A DNA stretch of 64,000 bases from a virus. Its lineage: Duplodnaviria; Caudoviricetes. The notes under the pieces are model-generated. The model was not told the origin of the DNA, did not search any database, and was given only the letters and a program-made list of their open reading frames with translations. The stretch lies in IMG/VR virus record IMGVR_UViG_3300028048_000064, positions 85,925-149,924 of that record; one strand, written 5' to 3'. How positions within the stretch are numbered: the first letter of the stretch is position 1; each line of letters opens with the position of its first letter. Both the position numbers and the translations under genes were made by a program. Below, one piece after another: positions 32,436 through 41,675 of the stretch.

Positions 32436-33026
32436 ATGGTAAATTCATTTTGCAAGGCTGAGGACTATCAGCAAATACTTAACGTAAGGGAAAACGTGTC
32501 TATTATCCGTTTTTCAAAAGAACCAATTATGGAACCTGTATATGAGGGAGAAGGCGAAGATATGCACCCAACAGGTGAATACGTAGACTCAGGCCTCGTT
32601 AAATTCACAGAGGAAACTATTATCGGTGAACTGACACCGGAGAAAATCATTGACGTAAGACTTCATGAAGTAGACGTATATGATGCTTCAGAGGATGTAA
32701 ACCTCATCTTCGTGAACGGTAAACCAATGTGGTTCGACAAGGTGACACGTACATGCATCAGCTATTCAATGCAGATTGAGAAAGAAGCAGGTAATACAAC
32801 TACTACCCTCTATGATAATGACGGTACTGCATACGTACTCCCAATCGATGATGCACTTAGCATGTTTGGAGCAGTTGAACTCTATGCAAAGGCTTGCTAT
32901 AATAAGACACAAGAACATAAGGATAACCTTAAAGCACTCACTACCGTACAAGAGGCACTTGACTATAATATCAAGACCGGATATCCTGAAAAACTCAAAT
33001 TCACTACCCCACAGGAAAGTGAATAA
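32436..33026 (+). CDS. DUF4376-like tail-fibre-associated protein
   Basis: VELYAKACYNKTQEH...YNIKTGYPEKL C-terminus; directly upstream of the DGR target. Confidence 0.6.
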   Translation: MVNSFCKAEDYQQILNVRENVSIIRFSKEPIMEPVYEGEGEDMHPTGEYVDSGLVKFTEETIIGELTPEKIIDVRLHEVDVYDASEDVNLIFVNGKPMWFDKVTRTCISYSMQIEKEAGNTTTTLYDNDGTAYVLPIDDALSMFGAVELYAKACYNKTQEHKDNLKALTTVQEALDYNIKTGYPEKLKFTTPQESE

Positions 33027-33091
33027 TAGATAGTTTCATACAAAAACCATATTTTTAAAATAATATTATATTAATATAACAAGGGAATAAA

Positions 33092-35626
33092 ATGCCAAAC
33101 GTAAACAATAATATAATTACAAAAGATTGGATGGATGTACATGATGCGGTATTGACTTCCAAACTTAAAGGATTGGCCGATGCACAGATAGTCCTAACTC
33201 TTGATGCTGCTCCGGCAAATTGGGAAACCTATACTACCTATACAATCGGTACAGGGGCATCTGCCGAAGTACATGATTTCAAGGAAGGTGATGAGGTTAG
33301 AGTACCGGACACAGGTGCTGTCAATGGCTTCTCCTATTATAAGCTTATTAAATTCACCGGAACTGGTAGTAATAAAACTGCTACATGGGTGAAAATCGGT
33401 GATGGCACTGGTGACTATAGAGGAACTATCAAGGTAACACTGCAAGCAATTGTTAATAATGCACAAGCGTCAGGCGATGACCTTAATGGACTTACCGTTA
33501 GTGTACAGAACGTTACAGGTAGCGAAGCTGCTATTGTAAAGACATGGGCGGGTAGTGAATTGGTATTCAATCAATTGACACCAATGAAGGAATACCTTAT
33601 TACCGTACAGACAAAGAACGATACATATGTAACGAAAATCGGTGGCAATGTTGGTAATACTTATACTGTTGCATCATTGGGTATCGCACAGGAAGTATCA
33701 AAGACATTCCAATATTTTGCAGAACAATATACAATATCAATTGACAGTAACCAAATTGATAAGACTGATATTGCCAATGCAAAGGTTATATATAATGAAA
33801 CACAATATGCTAATGGTGCTTCATTCAAAGTGCCACTTGGAACAACTATTGCAGTTGACGGCGAAAGTCAAAACGTAACAGCAACTGACTTGACAAGTAC
33901 TGGTTATTCATGTGCATTGTCACTTACTAACCATGTTATTAATGCGTTGTACAGTACTGAGGTTTTATCAATTACTTCTGTAACCTCTGATAAGGCCGGT
34001 GATGATTTCGCTGGTGTCACATTTACTGTAAATAATGTTACTAAAACCTATGGTACCGATACACTTACATGGAAAATACCATACGGTAATAGCGATATAG
34101 TTACAGCTGATAGAACAGGATTTAGTGTTACTATTACTAAAACACCTAATACAGATAAAGCTGACTCGGTATCTAAAACTGCAACAATCGCATATGAAGA
34201 AATGAAAAACGGAGTGTTCGCATATTATTCAAACGGCGATATGAAACCACTTGCACAAGCAGATAACACTGCAATTGGCGTAGCTGTTATTGATGATGAT
34301 GCATGCTTTGTAATCGGAAAAAATACTACACAGTTAGCATTTGGTGGATACGGTACAGTTAATTTAACAGGTACTGCAATGGTAACAACTGATAGTACTA
34401 CTGCTAAAACTGACTTTGACGGCTATCGTAACACATCAAGAATAATGAATGCACTGAAAGACCAAGCAGGCAATGGTTCAAGTCCTTATCCTGCAACTAC
34501 CGGCGCTCCTGCTGCTGAATGGTGCAGAACACAATTCAATGGAGAAGGTTATCTGCCTTCATTAGGTGAAATGAATTTTGCTTATCAACATAAAGCTGAC
34601 ATTGATGCAATGATGACCGCTATTGGCGGTACTGCAATGGGAACAAATTACAGCCATTGGACATCAACCCATTATAATACAACGCAGTACTCGTGGAGGC
34701 TTAGTTGGAATGGTGGCTATGCGAATTACGGCAACCGTTATACCAATAGCTACTACGTGAGGGCGTTCCAAGCTCTTAAAACTTCAATTACTTTAAATCT
34801 TTCTGCAACGGGTAGTTCATCTATCGGTGGGCAAACCGTACTTGTGTCCGACAAATTAGGTAATGTACAAACAGCAACATCTGATAGTAATGGTCAAGTG
34901 ACATTTAGCAACGTTGCATGTGGACAGGTATTTGTTAGCGTTAAAAAATGCTTGGTTAACTCAAATCGTACAATTAAGGTGTCACCAAACAATAAAGTAT
35001 TTACTATTGGGTTCAGTATCCCTAATGTAGGCCTATACTACTATAGCCTTGATAAAAATGGCAATGGCGTATTATCACCAAGTTCAGCAACCAATGCAAT
35101 TGGTGTGGCTGTTGTAACAAGTAACTGTGCATTTGTTATTGATAAAAATGATTTATCCGCAGCAAAGGGAGGTACAGGTATTGCATGGGGTGGTTATCAA
35201 GTTGATTTAAGCAATATTGGTGTAATGGTAACAGATAATAGTACAACTGCCAAAACGGACTTCTCTGGTGAGGAAAATACTGCCAAGGTTATAAATGCAT
35301 TGTACCAAGTACAAGGTGCTGCATACAACACTTATCCTGCAACGTATGGTGCTCCTGCATTGGAGACATGTACCACTGCATTTAATGGTAAAGGCTATAT
35401 GCCATCACTTGGTGAATGGAATGCTGCATACAGCAATAAATCAACGATTGACTCTATGATGCAGAATATTAGTGGATATACAGCAATTAAAAGTGGATAC
35501 CATTGGGGTAGTACAATATATAATGCTACGCAGGGCTCGTGGATTCTTTATTGGAATCTTGGCAATTCGGATGGCCTCGACCGTTATAACTATAGCAGCT
35601 ACGTGAGGGCGTTCCAAGCTCTTTAA
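33092..35626 (+). CDS. DGR target protein (tail fibre/adhesin-like) with two tandem C-type-lectin-like variable domains
   Basis: Duplicated domain (AIGVAV..., TAKTDF.G..NT, GAPA, YLPSLGE, W.ST, YVRAFQAL); both copies end in a VR. Confidence 0.9.
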   Translation: MPNVNNNIITKDWMDVHDAVLTSKLKGLADAQIVLTLDAAPANWETYTTYTIGTGASAEVHDFKEGDEVRVPDTGAVNGFSYYKLIKFTGTGSNKTATWVKIGDGTGDYRGTIKVTLQAIVNNAQASGDDLNGLTVSVQNVTGSEAAIVKTWAGSELVFNQLTPMKEYLITVQTKNDTYVTKIGGNVGNTYTVASLGIAQEVSKTFQYFAEQYTISIDSNQIDKTDIANAKVIYNETQYANGASFKVPLGTTIAVDGESQNVTATDLTSTGYSCALSLTNHVINALYSTEVLSITSVTSDKAGDDFAGVTFTVNNVTKTYGTDTLTWKIPYGNSDIVTADRTGFSVTITKTPNTDKADSVSKTATIAYEEMKNGVFAYYSNGDMKPLAQADNTAIGVAVIDDDACFVIGKNTTQLAFGGYGTVNLTGTAMVTTDSTTAKTDFDGYRNTSRIMNALKDQAGNGSSPYPATTGAPAAEWCRTQFNGEGYLPSLGEMNFAYQHKADIDAMMTAIGGTAMGTNYSHWTSTHYNTTQYSWRLSWNGGYANYGNRYTNSYYVRAFQALKTSITLNLSATGSSSIGGQTVLVSDKLGNVQTATSDSNGQVTFSNVACGQVFVSVKKCLVNSNRTIKVSPNNKVFTIGFSIPNVGLYYYSLDKNGNGVLSPSSATNAIGVAVVTSNCAFVIDKNDLSAAKGGTGIAWGGYQVDLSNIGVMVTDNSTTAKTDFSGEENTAKVINALYQVQGAAYNTYPATYGAPALETCTTAFNGKGYMPSLGEWNAAYSNKSTIDSMMQNISGYTAIKSGYHWGSTIYNATQGSWILYWNLGNSDGLDRYNYSSYVRAFQAL
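34679..34777 (+). repeat. DGR variable region VR1 (internal)
   Basis: 99-nt match to TR with 17 differences, all at TR adenines. Confidence 0.95.
35525..35623 (+). repeat. DGR variable region VR2 (C-terminal)
   Basis: 99-nt match to TR with 22 differences, all at TR adenines. Confidence 0.95.
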
Positions 35627-35631
35627 AACTT

Positions 35632-35656
35632 TATTCTCCCCAACCAGGGGAGAATA
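35632..35656 (+). promoter_or_regulatory. DGR post-IMH hairpin/cruciform
   Basis: TATTCTCCCC-AACCA-GGGGAGAATA, perfect 10-bp stem just after the target stop codon. Confidence 0.8.
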
Positions 35657-35787
35657 TTTTTTACTTTATTTAGGCTGTATTTGTTTTTTAACGCTCTTAA
35701 TTGGTGAACTATCCACGTCTAAAAGTAAGGTACTTTTTGCAAATTTTGTTAAAAATACTTAAATAAAAACATTTTTTGTGAAAAATA

Positions 35788-35819
35788 TTTGTATATATGC
35801 AGAAAAAGTATTACCTTTG
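35788..35819 (+). promoter_or_regulatory. Bacteroidota-type promoter for avd-TR-RT
   Basis: TTTG-N20-TACCTTTG. Confidence 0.75.
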
Positions 35820-35862
35820 CACAACAAAATTAAACATTAATACTTTTAAAAAGTAAAATTCG

Positions 35863-36228
35863 ATGGCAAAGACTAATACATTATCCGTATATAAAGTTAC
35901 GGAGGAACTAACAACAAGAGTTTACTTACTTATTGGTAATTATAGTAAAAAATTTAAACATACCCTTGGTGATAAAATATGTGAAGGATGTATAGAATTA
36001 CTTAGTTATATAACATATGCTAATAGGTCAGAAGAAATTGCTGTACGCATAAAGTATTTGAATGATTTTCTTTTAAAATTTGAAATTGTAAAAAATCAAT
36101 TAAGATTATCTTATAAACTTAAATGTATAAGTTTAAAACAAATGACTGATATTTCTGTTTTAATCAATGACGTTGAAAAACAGATTGTTAGTTGGAAGAA
36201 ATTTAGTAAAACTAAGGAAAATAAATAG
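35863..36228 (+). CDS. avd: DGR accessory variability determinant (four-helix bundle)
   Basis: 121 aa; LSVYK..., KFKHTLGDKI, KQIVSWKK; located between target and TR. Confidence 0.85.
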   Translation: MAKTNTLSVYKVTEELTTRVYLLIGNYSKKFKHTLGDKICEGCIELLSYITYANRSEEIAVRIKYLNDFLLKFEIVKNQLRLSYKLKCISLKQMTDISVLINDVEKQIVSWKKFSKTKENK

Positions 36229-36354
36229 ATAAAAAATTTTTGTCAGAATCATTGAAGTTACGGCGACAATGAGTGAACGTTTACTATTAAAAAGAGGGGT
36301 GTGCACTGTAAACCTTTAATATTAAGGAGCAGTTAAGTGAATAGTTACACCATG

Positions 36355-36453
36355 AAAACGCAGAACTCGTGGAAACTTAATTGGAATAATGGCAATACGA
36401 ATAACAACAACCGTTATAACAATAACAACTACGTGAGGGCGTTCCAAGAACTT
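36355..36453 (+). repeat. DGR template region TR
   Basis: AAC/AAT-rich; aligns ungapped to both VRs; between avd and RT; followed by hairpin GCCACTAT..ATAGTGGC (36473-36498). Confidence 0.95.
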
Positions 36454-36544
36454 TTTATAGTAGATATTAAGAGCCACTATATTTCAAATAATAGTGGCAT
36501 TTTTTTTATTAACAATTTTGTTTAATAAAAAAAAAAATAATATT

Positions 36545-37747
36545 ATGGTGGCATATGAAGACATATTTGAAGCATATTTTGAATGCAGAAAAAAGAAAAG
36601 AGGTAAAAAAACTTCTTTAGAGTTTGAAATGAGTTATGAGGCAGAATGCGTATCTTTAGCAAATGAAATAAATAATCGTACATATGAGATTGGTACATCT
36701 ATAGCATTTTTTGTGCAAAGACCAAAGAAAAGAGAAGTCTTCGCCGCCAATTTTAGAGACCGTGTTGTCCATCATTGGTTAGCGTTAAGGCTTGAACCTT
36801 TATTTGAAAATTTGTTTATTGAAGACACATATAGTTGCAGAAAAGATAAAGGTACGCAATATGGCATTAAATGTTTAAAAGAAAAAATTGAACATTTAAG
36901 TAATAATTATACTGAAGATTGTTATGTTTCAAAATTTGATTTACAAGGCTTTTTCATGTCAATTGACAAGGAAATTCTTTGGACAAAATTAAAACACTTT
37001 ATAGAAGAAAACTACAAAAACACTGTTGATTTTGATGATGTATTATGGGTAACAGAAAAAATAGTCAAGCATTGTCCGGAGAAAAACTGTATAAAACGTT
37101 CTCCTGAAAGTTGGTGGATTGGTTTCCCCGAAGACAAGTCATTATTTACTTGTGGTGAAGGGAAAGGCCTTCCAATTGGCAATTTAACATCTCAACTATT
37201 TGCTAATTTTTATATGCATGAATTTGATGCAATGATGGTAGAAAAATTTGGAGACGGGTATGGCAGATATGTTGATGACTTTTTCATAATTGCTAAAGAT
37301 AAACAAGAGATATTGAATTTTATAAATCCAATGAAAAAGTTTCTTTTTGAAAGACTGCATGTAAAGCTTCATCATAAAAAGATGTATTTGCAGCATGGGT
37401 CAAAAGGTGTTAAATTCATTGGGGGTGTTGTCAAACCAAAACGTATTTATACGGGTAATGAAACCATAACCAACTTCTGTAATGCCATTGATGACATTAA
37501 TAAAAATTATCGTAAATATACAATTGAAGACATTGTATGCCGTCTTAATAGTTATTTTGGTTTTTTGAGACACACTAAAAGCTTTAATATAAGAAAAAGA
37601 ATGTTTTTAAAACTTAATTTAAAAGTTACTAGTAAGCTTTATTGCAGAGGCTTTTACGAAAGTGTTGTAATTAAAAAACAGTTTAAAAAGAAAAATAAAT
37701 TAAAAAATAAGATAAGAAGTTTAATAAAGAATAGTGTTGAATTTTAA
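36545..37747 (+). CDS. DGR reverse transcriptase
   Basis: KREVFAANFRDRVVHH, YSCRKDKGT, DLQGFFMSI, GLPIGNLTSQLFAN, RYVDDF; ATG 36545 is the likely start. Confidence 0.95.
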   Translation: MVAYEDIFEAYFECRKKKRGKKTSLEFEMSYEAECVSLANEINNRTYEIGTSIAFFVQRPKKREVFAANFRDRVVHHWLALRLEPLFENLFIEDTYSCRKDKGTQYGIKCLKEKIEHLSNNYTEDCYVSKFDLQGFFMSIDKEILWTKLKHFIEENYKNTVDFDDVLWVTEKIVKHCPEKNCIKRSPESWWIGFPEDKSLFTCGEGKGLPIGNLTSQLFANFYMHEFDAMMVEKFGDGYGRYVDDFFIIAKDKQEILNFINPMKKFLFERLHVKLHHKKMYLQHGSKGVKFIGGVVKPKRIYTGNETITNFCNAIDDINKNYRKYTIEDIVCRLNSYFGFLRHTKSFNIRKRMFLKLNLKVTSKLYCRGFYESVVIKKQFKKKNKLKNKIRSLIKNSVEF

Positions 37748-37795
37748 AATTTTTATGTCACTCCTATATATTTATAATATATAATTTATAAAATT

Positions 37796-38077
37796 ATGAA
37801 ACAGAAAATACTAATTAACGAAAAACAGTTGCATAACATAGTAAAAAGAACTGTGAATAATGTCTTGAAAGAATGGGACGATGTTAATGATGAGTCATAT
37901 CGTGAAAAAACGTTTATTGACGATTTATATAATATACGTGCATATATTGATGCTGCAATAGAGGATGCTGAAAAAGGTAAATATACGCAAGAGAATGGAA
38001 GCTGGTGGCTAAAGCGTTTATATGATAATTGCAAGAGCTTTATCAGTAATTATGATAAGGTTTTTAATTTTTCTTAA
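37796..38077 (+). CDS. Hypothetical protein (INE..L..IVK..V..VLKE N-terminal motif)
   Basis: 93 aa, preceded by TATTTAT. Confidence 0.55.
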   Translation: MKQKILINEKQLHNIVKRTVNNVLKEWDDVNDESYREKTFIDDLYNIRAYIDAAIEDAEKGKYTQENGSWWLKRLYDNCKSFISNYDKVFNFS

Positions 38078-38468
38078 AAAAACTTGATACTTTTTGAAAA
38101 CTACTCTATATTTATTTTTAAAATTAACCAAATAAAAATGCAGAAATCTTACATCAGCGCATCAGCAAGCAGACAATGGCTTCAGGGAACCACAACAAGT
38201 TGTTCTCCGATTAATAGTGCGTTGTACGATAATTTTGTGCCAGCATTTGAACATGGTTTAGATTATGATAAAATTGAAAAGGGTATAAAGCAGCGAAAAA
38301 AGAAAATATTAAATGTAGCCGCATAGAAACATTCCGATTTAAAACTCAATATATTTTCCCCAAAGCTGTGATGAAGACCCTAAAAAAGTAAAAATCACGG
38401 CTTTTTTATATTATAATAAGGTGTATTCCTTAAAAAACATTAAATGGGATAAAAAAGTTGAGAAAATA

Positions 38469-38500
38469 TTTGGATATTTCAAAATTAGTTAGTACCTTTG
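38469..38500 (+). promoter_or_regulatory. Bacteroidota-type promoter heading the tRNA/ncRNA island
   Basis: TTTG-N20-TACCTTTG. Confidence 0.75.
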
Positions 38501-38803
38501 CATCGCAATTCAGAAATAATACTTCTGATAAAGCGAAAAACGGAACAATGAGGCAGAAATACCGAATGTAAGTTTCCAAAAAGAGTTCTTTGACATATTG
38601 GGACAACAAAATAAAGCAAAAAAATCAATGCGGAGAGGATTGGTGAAAAACCACATTCATTTTTGTCTATAAGGTGACGAATTGGGGTCAGGTAGTCAGT
38701 AATTACAAGCCCACCTTACGGGATGAGCCTATAAACAAACAAAATGAATTAGTTCAGTAAATATAAGATAGAAATATCTAACAGAATTCCAAATTGGTGA
38801 AAT

Positions 38804-38873
38804 GCGTCTTTGGTGTAATGGTTGCATATCTGATTTCCAATCAGAAGGACAGGTTCAATTCCTGAAGACTGCT
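38804..38873 (+). tRNA. tRNA-Gly(TCC), acceptor stem bulged (possibly degenerate)
   Basis: TCTGA-TTTCCAA-TCAGA anticodon arm; CAGG-TTCAATT-CCTG T arm. Confidence 0.65.
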
Positions 38874-38878
38874 CTCTT

Positions 38879-39332
38879 TTGCATATCATAGGTAGTTTCT
38901 TCAAAATTCGGTGGAAATCCTTCCCTTCAAACCTGCAATTTATAATGTGTGGCTTAAGTATGGCGGAGGAACCACAACACTAATCAATAATGTGCAAGGA
39001 TAATACCGAGTTAAATTGAGATAATGACCTCCTTAATTGGACTGGGAAAGTTAAAAGCTTTTTATCTTATAGTACCTAAGTTGAAATTTATATAGTAGAA
39101 AAGCGGAGCACGTGTGAATCGGAGGTAACCAGTTCTAGTAGAAGCACTTCATCGTGTGGGCTGGGCATAAATGAGGAGATACTACTATGTAACTTGCAAG
39201 AATTTCAATAAGGTAATTTCAGACTACAACAAACAAAGAATAGAGGAATAGCAATTTGCTATAAACTCCACTGTCAACTGACAGGAAGTAGGCTTTATTG
39301 TACAAACCACTTTGTTTGGCTATGATATGCAA
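38879..39332 (+). ncRNA. Group-I-intron-derived structured RNA, no exons
   Basis: 13-bp closing helix TTGCATATCATAG/CTATGATATGCAA; P4-P6-like core shared with 44681-45030. Confidence 0.5.
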
Positions 39333-39348
39333 TCTTTAGAAAATATAT

Positions 39349-39638
39349 AGAACAAGTACAGACCACTGAGTAGGAACTGGGGAAGTGATAGGTAAATGCT
39401 AGCTTCATATTTATCATGTAGACGGACTCAAAGCAGTACCGACAGCCCAGTGAAAGGTGTTGGTTAGGATAAGGAGTTATCCAATACGTGAAGAGCAGCG
39501 TATTTCGTGAGAAGCCATAAGCAGGAACACAACAAATGCCGTAAAACAGCGCAAGTGCCTAATAGCGGGTTTCCTGATTAAATCTGAATAGATGATAAAA
39601 GGTTGCAAAAGTCTGTACCTCGTAAATTTACTTGTTCT
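39349..39638 (+). ncRNA. Unknown ~290-nt structured RNA
   Basis: Closing helices AGAACAAGTA/TACTTGTTCT and GTACAGAC/GTCTGTAC; GC-enriched, no credible ORF. Confidence 0.45.
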
Positions 39639-39645
39639 TTTGAAT

Positions 39646-39717
39646 GCTTGGATAGCTCAGAGGCAGAGCATCGCACTGTTAATGCGAGGGTCGGGATATC
39701 GTAATTCTCTCCAAGCG
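39646..39717 (+). tRNA. tRNA-Asn(GTT), atypical T loop
   Basis: TCGCA-CTGTTAA-TGCGA; acceptor GCTTGGA/TCCAAGC. Confidence 0.8.
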
Positions 39718-39861
39718 CAAAATATTTTTGTATTAAAAACTCCGAGGGTTGGAAGATGGTTGGACTTACGGCAAATGCTAGGAACCTGATGAACCGTAAG
39801 TCAAAGGTGTGTTGTAGGAGTTGCAGGTGAAACGGACAACAGTGTAGGAGTTTTTTTATAT

Positions 39862-40019
39862 GTGGCAGTAACTCAGTTGGTAGAGTGCCGGACTGAATAC
39901 AGAGTAAACTGAAAAATCAAACTTCGTATTGGTTGAGTGGCTGAAACTTTTAAACATTGGTTCGAATCCAATATACGAAGCAAATCCGGTTGTCGGTGGT
40001 TCAAATCCACCCTGCCGCA
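39862..40019 (+). tRNA. tRNA-Phe(GAA) interrupted after position 36 by an 85-nt insert (39898-39982) containing a tRNA-like module
   Basis: Joining 39862-39897 to 39983-40019 gives a canonical cloverleaf with CCGGA-CTGAAAA-TCCGG. Confidence 0.8.
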
Positions 40020-40097
40020 CATTTATATGAAAAAAAAACGTTCGAAACTTGTTTATTCAACTATTTATTAGTATATTTGCAATATATTAGTAAAAAA

Positions 40098-41144
40098 ATG
40101 AAAATGATTGATATTACAAGCGACGAAAACAAGAGAGAAATTTACAAATTATTTGATTCTTTTAATAAAAAAGAAGACATATACAATTATTTTGGAATAA
40201 GTCATAATAGCTATGGTGTTAAGTATGTTAATGCTATTGCATTAGAGATTAATTTTGATTTAAATATTTATCATAAAAGACGTTTTCCGGAAAGATTTTG
40301 TTTAAATTGTGGAAAAAAATTAAAAAAAGGACAAAAGAAATTTTGTGGCCATTCTTGTTCAGCCTCATATAATAATGCTACAAGTGCAAAAGTTGTTAAT
40401 AAGAAGAAAAAACAAGTAAAAAGTCGGGTAAACAAACAAAATAAATGTAAAGTATGTGGAAAAATAGATTGTTTACATACAGGCGTTTGTAATCATCATT
40501 CTTTAAATTGGTTTGATAATCTTATATATTTCGGTTTTGATAAAACGAAGTTAGGAACTGATGGCGTTTTTAATGAATATGAAAATGTAAAAAAGAAAAT
40601 TTCAGATGAATATAAAAATGGTTTGTCTGTATCTGCAATCAAAGAAAAATATAATTATCAGGGTTCAACTGAACGTCTTGTTCATGTTATGAAAAACATG
40701 GGAATTAATTTACGTTGTTTATCTGATGCTTTGCGTAAAGCCATTAGCGAAAAACGTTGTAAATTGCCAGAAGTTATGAAACAATTTAATTATGGGTGGC
40801 ATAATACATGGGATGGATACAAAGTTTTTTATCGCAGTTCATATGAATATGATTTATGCAAATATTTTGATGACAGAAAAATACACTATGAAATGGAAAA
40901 TTTAGTAATTGAGTATTTTGACACCATTTTAAATAAAAAGCGTTATGCGTTACCAGATTTTTATATTGAAAAAGAGAATAAAATTATAGAAGTTAAATCA
41001 AGAGTGACATTTGTTAAACAGAATATGATAGATAAAATGAAACGTTATATAGAGTTAGGGTATGATGTTTTATTAAATTATGAGCATAAAATGTATACCT
41101 TTGATGAAATGCTTAAAATTGAAGAATATAAGTATAAGATTTAA
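40098..41144 (+). CDS. Free-standing homing-type endonuclease, Zn fingers + C-terminal PD-(D/E)XK domain
   Basis: CLNCG..FCGHSC; YRSSYE...LPDFYI...IIEVKS; upstream ORF-track extension overlaps tRNA-Phe, so ATG 40098 is preferred. Confidence 0.75.
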   Translation: MKMIDITSDENKREIYKLFDSFNKKEDIYNYFGISHNSYGVKYVNAIALEINFDLNIYHKRRFPERFCLNCGKKLKKGQKKFCGHSCSASYNNATSAKVVNKKKKQVKSRVNKQNKCKVCGKIDCLHTGVCNHHSLNWFDNLIYFGFDKTKLGTDGVFNEYENVKKKISDEYKNGLSVSAIKEKYNYQGSTERLVHVMKNMGINLRCLSDALRKAISEKRCKLPEVMKQFNYGWHNTWDGYKVFYRSSYEYDLCKYFDDRKIHYEMENLVIEYFDTILNKKRYALPDFYIEKENKIIEVKSRVTFVKQNMIDKMKRYIELGYDVLLNYEHKMYTFDEMLKIEEYKYKI

Positions 41145-41151
41145 ATAATTT

Positions 41152-41350
41152 GGGAGGTTATTCCGTAAGTGGTAGCGGGGCTGACTGTATACAGAGTAAA
41201 CTGAAAATCAAATTTTAGTTTGGCTGAGTGGTTGAAAGCTAAGGCACTAAGTGCTGAGTGAATTTACACTCACATTCGCCGGTTCGAATCCGACAACTAA
41301 AACAAATCAGCTGCTTAACGGCTCGGGTGGTTCGACTCCATCACCTCCCA
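41152..41350 (+). tRNA. tRNA-Tyr(GTA) interrupted after the anticodon by a 115-nt insert (41190-41304) containing a tRNA-like module
   Basis: Joined exons give GCTGA-CTGTAAA-TCAGC, long V arm, GGTGG-TTCGACT-CCATC, acceptor GGGAGGT/ACCTCCC. Confidence 0.8.
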
Positions 41351-41378
41351 CATAATTTTTCATAACTAATGTTTCTGA

Positions 41379-41675
41379 TTGAATATGTTACAGAAAATTA
41401 AAGAAAAATATAAACGATACAAAAGGTTAAAAGGACTTAGAACATATCGTAAGTTAAGAAACACTTTTGATACTGAATATGGAAAATTCCTTGCTTATAT
41501 GTATTATGTCGGTGGTGAAGGAAAATTAGAAGACTTATATAAGTTATTTAATCCTGAAATAATTAGACGTGCTTGGTTTGCCGGATATTTTAACGTCTAT
41601 GATAAAAATTTAGGGTGGAAAGACCATCTGTACAATACAGATGTATATAAAAAATATGATAATGGAAAAAAATAA
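41379..41675 (+). CDS. Hypothetical protein
   Basis: ~97-aa ORF within the tRNA island. Confidence 0.5.
   Translation: MNMLQKIKEKYKRYKRLKGLRTYRKLRNTFDTEYGKFLAYMYYVGGEGKLEDLYKLFNPEIIRRAWFAGYFNVYDKNLGWKDHLYNTDVYKKYDNGKK

Noticed and set aside
35703-35730. IS200/IS605-like end remnant (GTGAACTATCCACGTCTAAAAG)
   Set aside because: The partner half of the hairpin is absent; too short to support
36337-36525. 62-aa ORF resembling the target C-terminus
   Set aside because: It is the TR read in frame; TR acts as RNA template
39349-39638. RNase P RNA
   Set aside because: Conserved GAGGAAnGUC and ACAnAAnnnGnnUUA elements were not found
39780-39840. Hammerhead ribozyme (CTGATGA ... GAAAC)
   Set aside because: No convincing stems I/III with a cleavage triplet, and a stronger 9-bp hairpin sequesters the core
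39898-41304. Group I/II or archaeal BHB introns as explanation for the Phe/Tyr inserts
   Set aside because: Too short, no P1 U-G pair, no terminal G, no domain V, no bulge-helix-bulge pairing
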